DNA of 63,982 bases, the filler included, from Candidatus Hydrogenedentota bacterium (GTDB lineage: Bacteria > JBFMHD01): assembly GCA_040752395.1 (NCBI GenBank). It is 10 parts of 10 records of this genome, joined end to end, with 100 filler letters (N's around TTAATTAATTAA, not from the genome) between each part and the next. Parts side by side here need not be neighbours in the genome. Positions count along the whole stretch, not along the records: positions 20,369 to 25,481 come from JBFMHD010000200.1; positions 25,582 to 30,685 come from JBFMHD010000201.1; positions 30,786 to 35,889 come from JBFMHD010000202.1; 7 more parts are not named here. One strand, given 5' to 3'. The notes beneath the pieces were generated by a model. The model ran no database searches. It saw only the letters and a program-made list of their open reading frames with translations, and was not told the origin of the DNA. Shown in pieces: positions 20,504 to 31,035 of the stretch (the first letter of the stretch is position 1; every line of letters starts with the position of its first letter). The translations under genes and the position numbers were made by a program.

Positions 20504-21904
20504 ATGTTAAAAAAATTATTAATAATTATCTTTATAGGAATTTTGTTTCCTGGTTTTATTTTTGCTCTAACACTTCAATATAATAATCCTCAGGCAAAAA
20601 AAGTATATGTTGCAGGCGATTGGAATAACTGGAGTCCGGACGCTGATTTGATGACAAAAAATAGCCAGGGGCTATGGGAGATAGATTTAGATTTAATGCC
20701 AGGAGAATACCAGTATAAATTTGTAGTTGATGGTGAATGGAAACAGGACCCGAGTAATCCTTTGAGTGCAGATGATGGTTTTGGTGGCAAAAACTCTGTA
20801 TTAAAAGTGGAGGGTAGTGATAGTAAAGAGAGTAGGTCTGCGGTTTCTACTTCAGGCACGACATTTAGATTTAAAGACGCCGAAGCCAAAACAGTTCATC
20901 TTGCAGGCGAGTTTAATAACTGGCTTGATAATGAACAGGGGAGAGTGAGGGGGAAGGAAGAATGGCTGATGAAGAAAGAGGGCGATGTATGGACAATAAC
21001 AGTGGATTTAAGGCCTGGTACATATAAATACAAATATGTAATCAATGGTGGCGAGACGTGGAAGAAGGACCCGAATGCGCCTGATTCAGGTGACGATAAT
21101 TCGCTTGTTACAGTTGGAGAGAAGAAAGGTACAATATCGACTCCACAAACAACAAAAAAGACTTTGTTTGAAGTAAAAGCATCAAACGCAACAAAAGTAA
21201 CATTAGCAGGTGAATTCAACAACTGGAATATGAATGAAATAGTAATGGAGAATGTTGAGGATGATGTATGGCGAAAAGAATTGGAGTTAAAACCCGGAAC
21301 ATATGAATATAAATTTATACAGGATGGTGATTGGGATATATTAAATAAAAGTAATAGAAAAATAACTGTAAAGCTTGAAACAGGAACCAGTGAAAAAACC
21401 GTATTTGAAGTCAAAGCACCTGGCGCTAAAAAGGTTACGCTCGCAGGTGAGTTCAATGACTGGAATACTGATGAATTAGTGCTTGAGAATGTAGGTGGCG
21501 ATATGTGGAGAATCGAGATTGAGCTGGAACCAGGGACATACAAATATAAGTTTTTACAGGATGGAGACTGGGATATACTAAATAAAGATGATCGTAGAAT
21601 TACTATTAGTGCTCAAACCCAAACCCAAACAAAAACTACTCCAGCCGCTAAAGGAATAACGATAACATATAATAACCCAATCGCAGATAAAGTATATATT
21701 GCGGGCGAGTTTAATAACTGGGACCCATTAAATGGTGAGATGACACAGGATGCTGATGGGAACTGGAGTATAGTTTTAGACCTGCCTCAGGGTAAATACC
21801 AGTATAAATTTGTAGTTGATGGTAAATGGATACAGGACCCGAAGTGCTCTGAGTCAGTTGATGATGGTTTTGGCGGCAAAAATTCAGTAATAATTATTGA
21901 GTAA
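20504..21904 (+). CDS. Secreted protein with five CBM48/AMPK-type glycogen-binding domains
   Basis: Signal peptide; five repeats of V.(V/L/I)AG(D/E)(W/F)N.W...W...L.PG.Y.YK(F/Y); no catalytic domain recognised. Confidence 0.85.
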   Translation: MLKKLLIIIFIGILFPGFIFALTLQYNNPQAKKVYVAGDWNNWSPDADLMTKNSQGLWEIDLDLMPGEYQYKFVVDGEWKQDPSNPLSADDGFGGKNSVLKVEGSDSKESRSAVSTSGTTFRFKDAEAKTVHLAGEFNNWLDNEQGRVRGKEEWLMKKEGDVWTITVDLRPGTYKYKYVINGGETWKKDPNAPDSGDDNSLVTVGEKKGTISTPQTTKKTLFEVKASNATKVTLAGEFNNWNMNEIVMENVEDDVWRKELELKPGTYEYKFIQDGDWDILNKSNRKITVKLETGTSEKTVFEVKAPGAKKVTLAGEFNDWNTDELVLENVGGDMWRIEIELEPGTYKYKFLQDGDWDILNKDDRRITISAQTQTQTKTTPAAKGITITYNNPIADKVYIAGEFNNWDPLNGEMTQDADGNWSIVLDLPQGKYQYKFVVDGKWIQDPKCSESVDDGFGGKNSVIIIE

Positions 21905-21933
21905 ACCCACATACCTGTTGAAGTAGAGAAAAT

Positions 21934-22323
21934 ATGAAAAAAAAAGAGAAGGTCGATTATTGGGTAAAATTAGCCGAAAATGATTGGACGGTTGCTCGTC
22001 ATCTCTTTGAAAAGGAAGACTACCCATATGCTTTATTTTTTGGACACATGACAATTGAAAAAATATTAAAAGCGATATTTGTTAATAAATTCAATGAAGC
22101 ACCGCCCCAGACTCATAGGTTAATTTACTTGGCAGAAAAGACAGGTTTAGAATTACAACCAGAAAGATTAGAATTATTTGAGATTATTACTGATTTTAAT
22201 ATTGAAGCAAGATACCCTGACGAAAAATTTTTGTTCTATAAAAAGTGTACAAAGGAATTTACCCGGCAATATATTGAAAAGATGGAGGAATTAAAGAGAT
22301 GGCTGATGAAACAGATTCAATAA
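21934..22323 (+). CDS. HEPN domain protein
   Basis: ALFFGH..IEK.LKA, THRL, EARYPD. Confidence 0.88.
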   Translation: MKKKEKVDYWVKLAENDWTVARHLFEKEDYPYALFFGHMTIEKILKAIFVNKFNEAPPQTHRLIYLAEKTGLELQPERLELFEIITDFNIEARYPDEKFLFYKKCTKEFTRQYIEKMEELKRWLMKQIQ

Positions 22324-22616
22324 TAGAGATAATAAAAAGATATATTGATGAACTAAATAAAAATAATATAAAAATTGAAAAAGCAATAATATTTGGATCT
22401 TATGTTAAAGGAAATATAAAAGAGGAAAGTGATATCGATGTAGCTCTGATTTCATCTACATTTACAGGAGACAGATTTGAAGACAGGAGACTGATTGTCC
22501 CATTCAGAAGAAAGATAGATAGCAGAATCGAACCCATTCCATTTAAACCTGAGGAATTCTATAATGGTGGAATTCTTAGCGATGAAATAAGAAAGACCGG
22601 GAAAATAATTTTTTAA
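22299..22616 (+). CDS. Minimal nucleotidyltransferase
   Basis: IIFGSYVKG...SDIDVALIS; overlaps the HEPN gene. Confidence 0.88.
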   Translation: MADETDSIIEIIKRYIDELNKNNIKIEKAIIFGSYVKGNIKEESDIDVALISSTFTGDRFEDRRLIVPFRRKIDSRIEPIPFKPEEFYNGGILSDEIRKTGKIIF

Positions 22617-22640
22617 TATTTAATATAGTTTAAATCATAT

Positions 22641-24110
22641 CTATCTATGTGCGCCGGTACCACGAATCTCTTTTACAGTTTTTTTATAATTTATCATTAA
22701 CTCTGATAATAATTGTACTTCTCGAAGTACAGCCTCTACATCAATTGTTTTAAATTGATAATTCTCTTTTAACACAATACCATTTGCTACAACATCTTTT
22801 ATCTCATCGCCATTTGATGCAAAGATTAAGTTAGAGACAAAATTATCGATTCTACTCGGAGTAAGATTAGGTTTTGTTAAATCTATAATTATAAAATCAG
22901 CATCTTTCTCTTTCTCAAGTGAGCCAGAGTTAAGCCGCAAAAATTCTGCTGGAACAACAGTAATCATTTCCATCAGTTGTTGTGCAGGTAGAACTCTTGC
23001 ATCTTTTAAGTATGCTTTTTGATAAGCTGAAGCCATTTTTGCAGCAATTAGAATGTTCTGGTTATCAGCTGAACCGGAGCCATCAGTTGATATGGCAACC
23101 GGGATACCCATAGCCATCATTTTAATAATAGGCGGCATACCCGAGCCAAGTATCGTATTAGCAAGCGGATTATGTACAATTTTGGTTTTGGTCTTTAGCA
23201 GGATTTCGAGGTCATTATCTGTTGAATTGACCTGGTGGGCAAGAATGGTATTCTCATCAAGAAAACCGATAGAATCAAAGTACTCCACAGGTGTCATTTT
23301 ATATGTTTCAGTGAACCATTTTGTTGTATTCGGCTCTTCGCAAGAGTGACAGTGAATAAATGTTTTATGTTTATCAGCCCATTTCTTCAGTAGTTTTAAG
23401 ATTTTAGGACCATTTGAGAAATCCTGGTCAGGACCAGGCACAATCGAAAATCGTTTTTCAGCCCCAAATTTTTCTAAATACTCATCAAGCCGTTTTACAG
23501 CTTGCTCTGGTTTATCAAGAACCCGTTTGTCATAGTTTCTATCCTGACTCCCAACAGCAACAATCATCGTTGTTCCCGCAATCTTATTAGCGTCAACTAT
23601 CTCCTTAAGTCTATATTTGCTATAATTACAATGGTGGACAAGACTTGAGGTAATACCATAATATATATCATCAACCCTGGCTTTTAAATACGTAATAAAT
23701 TCAGGGCTTTTACCGAATATCTTGAAGAGCTCTTCTCTTTTTTCATTCATAAATCCTGTGAATACATTCACAGCATGGTCAAGCCATTCAGTAAGTGGTT
23801 CATTTTTTGCGAGACCGATAATCGGGCTTTCGTGGTCATGACCATGGGCTTTAACAAATCCAGGCATCAATACGCCATTATGCTTTACTAAATCATTGAT
23901 AGAATATGATGATTTATAATTGATACCGATAATTTTCAGATTATGTGAATATTTTTTCAGTATTGTTTTACCGATATTTTCAGTATATTTACCAACCTCA
24001 ATGATTGATCTCCCTTGTGATAAAACATAGCCATCTTCTATACATTTTGATAGCCCAAGTTTTTTACTTAATGGATATAAAAATTTAGCTCTTGCAAAAA
24101 CATAACTCAT
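22641..24110 (-). CDS. Amidohydrolase family deaminase (MTA/SAH or guanine deaminase-like)
   Basis: MPGFVKAHGH, HCHSCE, LAHQV, HNPLAN, STDGSGS, GSLE..K.AD. Confidence 0.8.
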   Translation of the reverse strand: MSYVFARAKFLYPLSKKLGLSKCIEDGYVLSQGRSIIEVGKYTENIGKTILKKYSHNLKIIGINYKSSYSINDLVKHNGVLMPGFVKAHGHDHESPIIGLAKNEPLTEWLDHAVNVFTGFMNEKREELFKIFGKSPEFITYLKARVDDIYYGITSSLVHHCNYSKYRLKEIVDANKIAGTTMIVAVGSQDRNYDKRVLDKPEQAVKRLDEYLEKFGAEKRFSIVPGPDQDFSNGPKILKLLKKWADKHKTFIHCHSCEEPNTTKWFTETYKMTPVEYFDSIGFLDENTILAHQVNSTDNDLEILLKTKTKIVHNPLANTILGSGMPPIIKMMAMGIPVAISTDGSGSADNQNILIAAKMASAYQKAYLKDARVLPAQQLMEMITVVPAEFLRLNSGSLEKEKDADFIIIDLTKPNLTPSRIDNFVSNLIFASNGDEIKDVVANGIVLKENYQFKTIDVEAVLREVQLLSELMINYKKTVKEIRGTGAHR

Positions 24111-24117
24111 ACTAAAC

Positions 24118-24262
24118 CTCCTCTGAAAAACATTCTAACTCTAATAATATCAAGTAGAAGCAAGAGACAAGAGGCAAGAAGCAAGATAACGCAATAACGC
24201 AATAACCCAAGAACCCAAGAACACAATAGTGTAAAGCGCAAAAAGCGTTCATTACAAATCCT
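24118..24262 (-). repeat. RBS-ending modular repeat
   Basis: Ends TTTTTCAGAGGAG 7 nt before the amidohydrolase ATG; octamer and heptamer arrays as at 3721-3885. Confidence 0.9.
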
Positions 24263-24309
24263 ATGTAAAAATTGAAAATATAATGATAATTAGGAAATAG
24301 CAAGAAGAT

Positions 24310-24526
24310 AATGTATAAAGTTTAGTGCAAATTGAATATTGAAAAGAAATAAAAAAGGGCATATTCTTCCTTAATTAAGTATAAAAACTCTTAAAAAGGA
24401 GGAACATACCCTATGAAAAGCATTAGTAAGCCGTTAACAGCCTTAACAGAATCAGACTTATGGAAAGAAGTCAAGGTCGAAGAAGGAGGATATCTGGAAA
24501 GTATCCCGGACATCGTATATTATTAA
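24310..24526 (+). mobile_element. Possible IS left-end remnant (IS256-like) with 37-aa truncated ORF
   Basis: Imperfect inverted repeat GGGCATATTCTTCCTT/AAGGAGGAACATACCC occluding a strong RBS; ORF 24413-24526 (DLWKEVK) recalls a transposase N-terminus from memory only. Confidence 0.35.
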
Positions 24527-24649
24527 TATCTTTGCTCATTTTATTTGTTGTTTTTATCTATTATAGTTAGCATTACTTTAAAACTCTTTCGGATTCCACT
24601 GTGACTGATTACAAGCGAATTTAAATATTTTTTTAATTTATAATGTTAA

Positions 24650-24991
24650 CTATAGATTTAAATATATAACTATATTAAAATCATGCATCGGAATGCTAAT
24701 TTTAATTGCTGGCTCTATTCCTATTAAAAAAATTAATAGACAAAATGATAAAAAACTAACTATTATGATAATATTAATTCTTAATTTTCTTTTTTTATTT
24801 ACTAAAAGAATTATTATAAAGATAAAAGCTGTAATTATAAAAAAATAATGCATAAAAGGAGAGGGGCTTCTTACTATTCCATAATCCTGTCTAAAATAAA
24901 AGAAAGTTAAAAGGTCATATAATTCAAATAATAATAATACTGTGTTAGTAAGTATTAAAATATTTGATAAAGCGATTTTATATTTTTTCAT
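24650..24991 (-). CDS. Small hypothetical membrane protein
   Basis: Three hydrophobic segments in a very AT-rich stretch. Confidence 0.45.
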   Translation of the reverse strand: MKKYKIALSNILILTNTVLLLFELYDLLTFFYFRQDYGIVRSPSPFMHYFFIITAFIFIIILLVNKKRKLRINIIIIVSFLSFCLLIFLIGIEPAIKISIPMHDFNIVIYLNL

Positions 24992-25584
24992 TTTTTCGCT
25001 TTTCTGCTATGCCTTTAAAGTGCTATAATTAAATTTCTATTACACAAATAAATATCTCGAACAACAGTCCACAAAAAACTACTTAAATATACGGATAATA
25101 ATTTTTTTCTTAATAAACCAGGACGATGGTTTTATATTAGGTCTATTTAATATTCCTGGCCATTCTACTATACCATACGGCGTTTCATAATAAAAGGCTG
25201 CTATAATTGGGCCCGGAACTTTTGTTAATTCTTGCATTGACCCGTAAATTTTTAATGTTGGATCAAAAAGGGAGCTGATAGAAAAATTGTGTTTATTATA
25301 AAAGGTGAAAAAGATATATTATATTTTACAAAATTTTACAAAAAATTTGAGGATGTAGGAAAACCATGTCAAGAAAACCTAAAGACTGGGGAAGAGAAGT
25401 TTCTAGAACACTCAAAAATATAAGAGATATTCCAGATAGCCTCTCTTCACCTAAGCTTGTAAGCACTATTATACACTATTGNNNNNNNNNNNNNNNNNNN
25501 NNNNNNNNNNNNNNNNNNNNNNNNNTTAATTAATTAANNNNNNNNNNNNNNNNNNNNNNNNNNNNNNNNNNNNNNNNNNNNTTA

Positions 25585-26772
25585 ATGAACCGTCCACTTA
25601 CAGCAGAACTACCCGGTGACGGAAACGATGGTAAAAACAAAATTAATCATGACATAAAAGAATCAACTGAAACAACAAATATAGAAATATCAACAGATGT
25701 TCCTGTATATGAATACGTTCCCAAAGTAATTATTGAAGGCAAATGGGGAACAGAACCCTGTGAATTTGGAACATGGGGACGGATTGTGGATAGCGAACGA
25801 GAATCATATCAGCCGTCAAGCCTTGCAGTGGACAGCAAGGGAAATATTTATATTTTAGACCTTGTTAATGAGCGTATACAGAAATTTGATTCAAACGGAA
25901 AATATATAAAAAGTATTCCGGTAGAAAGTTTCAGTGGTAGAAGGCAAGAGGCAGAAACTATTGTAATGGTAGACAGAGATAATCCTGATATTGATGTCCC
26001 GCCAGATCATCCAAGAAGAATTGATATAAAACAGAAATTTATAGATGTAGAACCTGATTTTAAAATCCAAGGCATCAACATAGTGATAGATTCAAAGGAT
26101 AATCTGTATTATTATCTCAAGCGAAAGAAAGACAACAAAGAAACAGGTGAGGTCTGGCATTTTAAGAATGATAAACTGGTAAAAAAGATGAAACAGGGAG
26201 AGGAAAAAATAGAGAATGAGTTAAAAGAATACACTATAAAAGATATAGTGACAGACAGTAAGGATAATCTATATTACTATCTCAAGCAAAAGAAGAATGA
26301 CAAAGAAACCAGTGAAGTGTGGCGTTTCAAAGATGATAAACTAGTGAGGAAAATGAAACAAGGGGAAGACGAAATAGAGAAAGAATTAAAAGAATTTAGC
26401 AGAAAAGATATAAAAGACAACCATAAAAGAATAGAATTCAGAACCTCAAAAAAATCTTTCAAATTTGATTTTAAAACTTCAATTCCATTAAAGGATTCAA
26501 TGAGATTTTTAGTTATTGAACCAAGAATTAAAGGAGATTCTATCTTTATTTATACATCAGTAAGTACCGGCAAATATATTAAAAAAGGCGAGATATTTGA
26601 AAGTGAAACATTGGATGACAAAATCTATATTTTAAACCATAATGGAAATGTTGTCGGAATAATCAAAAGCGGTATTCCAGGATTGTTTGATGGTGAAGGG
26701 AATGCTTATGATATGAAAATTACTGAAACAGGGGTTGTTGTTACTAAATTTACAAAAGAGGTAATAAAATGA
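25585..26772 (+). CDS. NHL-repeat-like protein, probably 5' truncated
   Basis: PSSLAVDSKGNIYILD..N.RIQKFDSNGKY; 55-aa internal duplication; begins at contig edge. Confidence 0.7.
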   Translation: MNRPLTAELPGDGNDGKNKINHDIKESTETTNIEISTDVPVYEYVPKVIIEGKWGTEPCEFGTWGRIVDSERESYQPSSLAVDSKGNIYILDLVNERIQKFDSNGKYIKSIPVESFSGRRQEAETIVMVDRDNPDIDVPPDHPRRIDIKQKFIDVEPDFKIQGINIVIDSKDNLYYYLKRKKDNKETGEVWHFKNDKLVKKMKQGEEKIENELKEYTIKDIVTDSKDNLYYYLKQKKNDKETSEVWRFKDDKLVRKMKQGEDEIEKELKEFSRKDIKDNHKRIEFRTSKKSFKFDFKTSIPLKDSMRFLVIEPRIKGDSIFIYTSVSTGKYIKKGEIFESETLDDKIYILNHNGNVVGIIKSGIPGLFDGEGNAYDMKITETGVVVTKFTKEVIK

Positions 26773-29700
26773 ACAGCATAAGTAGAAAATATTTTTTATT
26801 ATTTTTAATTTTACTTATTCCTTCAATATCCACAGCAAGAACACGACAACAAGTCATTGATGATGCAACTGTTTATAGCAATTATCTTTGGATTCCCTTT
26901 AAAGATAATTTATTGGATAATGAAACATGTATTAGTGGAATTGGTAAAATTATCATTCCTGATGGTGATGAAATAGACGATAGGAGACAGGTATATAATA
27001 GCACAACGACCCTATGTAGTGAAGACCCCTCTCTGTGGCCCTTTGTAGCTAACTTTTCTGTAACTGGTGAAGCGTATGCGTGGGGGTATGGACATCATCT
27101 TACGCCTGCGATGAAAAATCCGCAATCAACTTATGTATATAAAAGTTTTCAGGAATATCTTGCAGAAGGCAGAATAGCAGGTGCACGCAAAGGCGAAAAA
27201 GACCGCAAAGGCAATGCAATAGGTGATTTGGGCAATAATGCTGATTTTACAGGTTTGGATTGTTCAGGATTTATTACAAGGGTATGGGGGATGAAAGGAT
27301 ATCATTTTGGCACCGGTTTGCTTCCCGATTATACAAGAGCGTTGGACATAGTTGAAAAATTAGAATCTGGTGACATATTGAATAAAATAGGCGTGCACAC
27401 GATTTTATTTGACCATTGGATAACTACATACACAAAAGCATCGGTTATACATGCAGCGACTTGGGATTTATTAGGTTCTACACATGTTCGCAGGGTAATC
27501 AATGATGAAATAAAATTTGAAGAAAAAGAGGGCAGAATTTACGCGTACATGAAAACATCCGATACAAAGGAAAGTCCATATGACAACTGGCATATATTTG
27601 ATTATCTTTCAGCGTTTCCGCAGGTAGAATGGGTAAGTCCCGCTCCTCTTCCACCAGGCACACAAACAGAATTAAGCACAGAACCAGTCAAAGAAATAAA
27701 ATTCACACTAAGGTCAAAAACATCAATAAGCACGAGCACTATAAAACTGGTAATAGACGAAGGTTTAACAAGTTCAAGAACGATTACCTCACAGGATTTA
27801 ACAATATCCGATAGAATAAATAATGAAGCATTCCCAGAGAACACCGGTCTAACAATAAGATGTGACATATTAGACAGTAAATTCAATGTTAAAGTAGGAA
27901 CGCACACTGTAACTGCTTATGCAAAAAATATTCTTAATCTTGAGGATTCTGATAAAGCAGGATTTTCTGTTCCCATAGACACAACACCACCAACAATTAT
28001 CTGGAGTGACTGGAAACGACCAATAGGTCAAATAATGACTGATTGCGTCACTCAACCATGTTATCCGAATAATGTAACAGGTGTAGTAGTAGGAAGTAAT
28101 AATATTGAAGATGCACCATGGTTACAATTAACCGGCAGTGAGATAACCACCTCATATTTTTTAATAGAAGACAGCACAAATGTGTGGTATTTTCAAACAT
28201 CATCAGAACCATTTTCCGCTGAATTCAGGTTTGAAGATTCAGGAACAGGCACAGAGTCATTTGCCATATATTTTCCGAATAAAACAGAACCTGAAATAGA
28301 AGGTTCAATAACAGATGGTGAAAAACTGATATTAACAAATATGATGTTAAAAGAAGATGGAACAGGATATATGCTTACAGCATCAGATAAATTTTTAAAT
28401 ACAACCACAATGTATTTTCATTTAGACAGACAATCGCCAAGACTTACAATATCCTCCATTACCATTAACAAAATTTCAAGCGATTTTACCGCTACTTTTA
28501 ACAGCGTAGCCACGGATAACATGTCCGGATTATCTGATGACGCAGGGTTGTGTTTGTTAGGGTCATGTGATTTTAAATATAAAGGACCTACATGGCCCCT
28601 TGGACCGCAAACAACAATATACATTATTACATTAGTGCCGGAACCAATTATAAAAGACTACTATTTTTATGCATTTGACCGTTCAGGGCTGTTAAATGTC
28701 TATGACATTAGGTCAATATATGGAAAGTATGAAACGTCATTATCCTGCATTGGTTTGTCAGGACCCTTTGATATCGTTGGAATGCTCAAAAACATCTGTC
28801 GTCCTCAGGAATTCCAGGACTTTGAAGCTTTTTATATCCTTGACAGGATAAATATTAATGTCGGCGAGCCTGATGCTCCTGGAGGTTGTAATTTTATAGA
28901 AGGATATAAGCCGACAGGAATGCATACAAAAGTTAAATTAGAATCTTACTCACCGACGATGGATGAATTAAAGTCGTATAATGCGTGGGTTTCCAGTCTT
29001 CCTGTGCCTATAATAAGAGATTACGAAACTATAAGTTTGCCTGCAAGCTGGGATGTCCAACTTGGCTCAAACACTATATCCGTTGATAAAGCGCTTCCCC
29101 TGTGGGGCGTGGTTCCTTATACAGAAAGGTATGGAAATACAAATAATGATGTGCGTGCGCAATGCACTAATCCTGATGGGAGCACCTATATCGCTACTTG
29201 GGGAGCTAACACTTTTGTTTATAAACATTTGCTTTCTTATGATATAAAAAGGTTTGTAGTGTCTATCTCAAGTAGACCAGCGGAAATATTGCTTGCACCT
29301 GGATTTAATGTGAAAGTAGCAATGGAAAATATTGAAATAATTTTCAGTTCAATAACAATAGGTGGACAGTTATTTGTAAGCAGGTCAAAATTTTATCCTG
29401 AAATACAAGGATATAAAGCATATGAAGATGGTTCATTTGACATAATAACAACAGCACAAGCAGAAAATATAACTATCAGGGTCAGGTTATCCCCTGACAC
29501 ATTTACTGAAAAACAGATTTCCACAGCCAGAATGTATCATTATGATGCAACAACCCAGACATGGACAGATATTACAAAAATGTGTGCACCAAATTGTGCG
29601 CAGAGTTCAATACCCAGAACTACTGGTTCCCCATTTGTAGTTATGGTTCCCATTGACGACATAACCCCACCTGAGACAACCCCCATGTTTTATGGTGAAG

Positions 29701-29843
29701 CATTCGGTCCTTATATTTCAACAGAAACATACATAGGTTTGTCAGCAGAAGACACGGCTGTTCAGGGGGATGCTTTAGGCGTAGCAAAAATAAACTATAT
29801 CCTGGACCCGCAGGTAGATGAATTAACATGCAGGGCAGTATGA
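26769..29843 (+). CDS. Large secreted protein with NlpC/P60-like domain and Ig-like repeats
   Basis: Signal peptide, YAWG, GLDCSGFITRVWG, L.SGDIL...HTILF; DTTPP/DITPP linkers. Confidence 0.7.
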   Translation: MNSISRKYFLLFLILLIPSISTARTRQQVIDDATVYSNYLWIPFKDNLLDNETCISGIGKIIIPDGDEIDDRRQVYNSTTTLCSEDPSLWPFVANFSVTGEAYAWGYGHHLTPAMKNPQSTYVYKSFQEYLAEGRIAGARKGEKDRKGNAIGDLGNNADFTGLDCSGFITRVWGMKGYHFGTGLLPDYTRALDIVEKLESGDILNKIGVHTILFDHWITTYTKASVIHAATWDLLGSTHVRRVINDEIKFEEKEGRIYAYMKTSDTKESPYDNWHIFDYLSAFPQVEWVSPAPLPPGTQTELSTEPVKEIKFTLRSKTSISTSTIKLVIDEGLTSSRTITSQDLTISDRINNEAFPENTGLTIRCDILDSKFNVKVGTHTVTAYAKNILNLEDSDKAGFSVPIDTTPPTIIWSDWKRPIGQIMTDCVTQPCYPNNVTGVVVGSNNIEDAPWLQLTGSEITTSYFLIEDSTNVWYFQTSSEPFSAEFRFEDSGTGTESFAIYFPNKTEPEIEGSITDGEKLILTNMMLKEDGTGYMLTASDKFLNTTTMYFHLDRQSPRLTISSITINKISSDFTATFNSVATDNMSGLSDDAGLCLLGSCDFKYKGPTWPLGPQTTIYIITLVPEPIIKDYYFYAFDRSGLLNVYDIRSIYGKYETSLSCIGLSGPFDIVGMLKNICRPQEFQDFEAFYILDRININVGEPDAPGGCNFIEGYKPTGMHTKVKLESYSPTMDELKSYNAWVSSLPVPIIRDYETISLPASWDVQLGSNTISVDKALPLWGVVPYTERYGNTNNDVRAQCTNPDGSTYIATWGANTFVYKHLLSYDIKRFVVSISSRPAEILLAPGFNVKVAMENIEIIFSSITIGGQLFVSRSKFYPEIQGYKAYEDGSFDIITTAQAENITIRVRLSPDTFTEKQISTARMYHYDATTQTWTDITKMCAPNCAQSSIPRTTGSPFVVMVPIDDITPPETTPMFYGEAFGPYISTETYIGLSAEDTAVQGDALGVAKINYILDPQVDELTCRAV

Positions 29844-29911
29844 AAGACAATTTTTTAAAAAATAAAACTAGTATAATTTTGAACAGAAAATAAATTATCA
29901 GGGAGAAAACC

Positions 29912-30685
29912 ATGAAAAAAACAATAATATTTGCGTTGATATTTTCTATTTTAACAGCATGTAAACCAACTATTAGAATAACAGGCAGGGTCATAGATTC
30001 AGAAACAGATATTTCTGTTTCAGAAGCCCGCATCCTTGCAATGTTCTGGATAGAAGAAAAAGACAAAGCAATTCCAAAACCTGATATTGAAGGACTTACA
30101 CAGGAAGAAATAAACAAAATCTTGGATAAAGACCAGAAACAAAGGGGTGCTCCTTTGGCATATGCCAGAACCATTGCTGACAAATATGGTGAATTTGAAC
30201 TTAATAAACTATATTTCAGTAAAGAAACAAAAACAAAACTCAAAACACTAAAGAACCCTGTCCTAACCCGCATAACCCTATCAATATTTGCAAGAGGATA
30301 CATAAAAGGTTTAAAAAGCGGTTTTCCTGCATTTGAAAAAGACCTCAAGCCCAATGTTTTAATAGCAATAAGAAAACCTGAAAACTGGAAGGAACTGGCA
30401 GATGACAGTTCATATGAAACACTCAGGCTGCCTGAATACTATGACGGGTATTCAAAGAAATTCGGAGCAACAAAGAAAGAAAAAGAGTGGTTCTGGAAAT
30501 ACACGCATTCAAACCTGTGGCAGGCATATGAAGACAGTAATGTCAAAGATAACAAAAAATATAAAGAAATATGCGGACGGGACTTTAGCAATATAATAGT
30601 ATCAACATCAGGTATTCAAAAGAACCCAGAACATGAAAGATGCGGTAAACTGCTCAGAGATATGAGTGTTCTGCGTGAATGGGAA
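29912..30685 (+). CDS. Hypothetical lipoprotein, 3' truncated
   Basis: LTAC lipobox; ITGRVIDSET resembles a carboxypeptidase-regulatory-like domain. Confidence 0.65.
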
Positions 30686-30785
30686 NNNNNNNNNNNNNNN
30701 NNNNNNNNNNNNNNNNNNNNNNNNNNNNNTTAATTAATTAANNNNNNNNNNNNNNNNNNNNNNNNNNNNNNNNNNNNNNNNNNNN

Positions 30786-31033
30786 TGGGTTCTTGGGTTA
30801 TTGCGTTATTGCGTTCTAAATTCTGGCTGTTGACTACAGATTTCAGCATTTTGCATTCTGATTTTTTTAAACGATGTTGGCTTTCGGCTCCGGGCTTCGG
30901 GCTCCAGCCGGCTGTAGTCCGTAGCCTGTAGCCTGTCCTGATACCTCTCACTTCTTCCGTTATCTTGCTTCTTGCCTCTTGCTTCTTTCGTTATCTTTCT
31001 TTCCGTTATCTTGCTTCTTGCCTCTTGCTTCTA
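30786..31033 (+). repeat. Modular repeat copy lacking the GGAG terminus
   Basis: Octamer array, CAGCCGGCTG hairpin and TCTTGCT arrays running up to the hemC ATG. Confidence 0.88.
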
Positions 31034-31035
31034 AT

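Noticed and set aside
30979-31035. N-terminal extensions of hemC and of 46226-48568 in the ORF track
   Set aside because: Derived from repeat or upstream-gene sequence; family similarity begins at 31036 and 48451.
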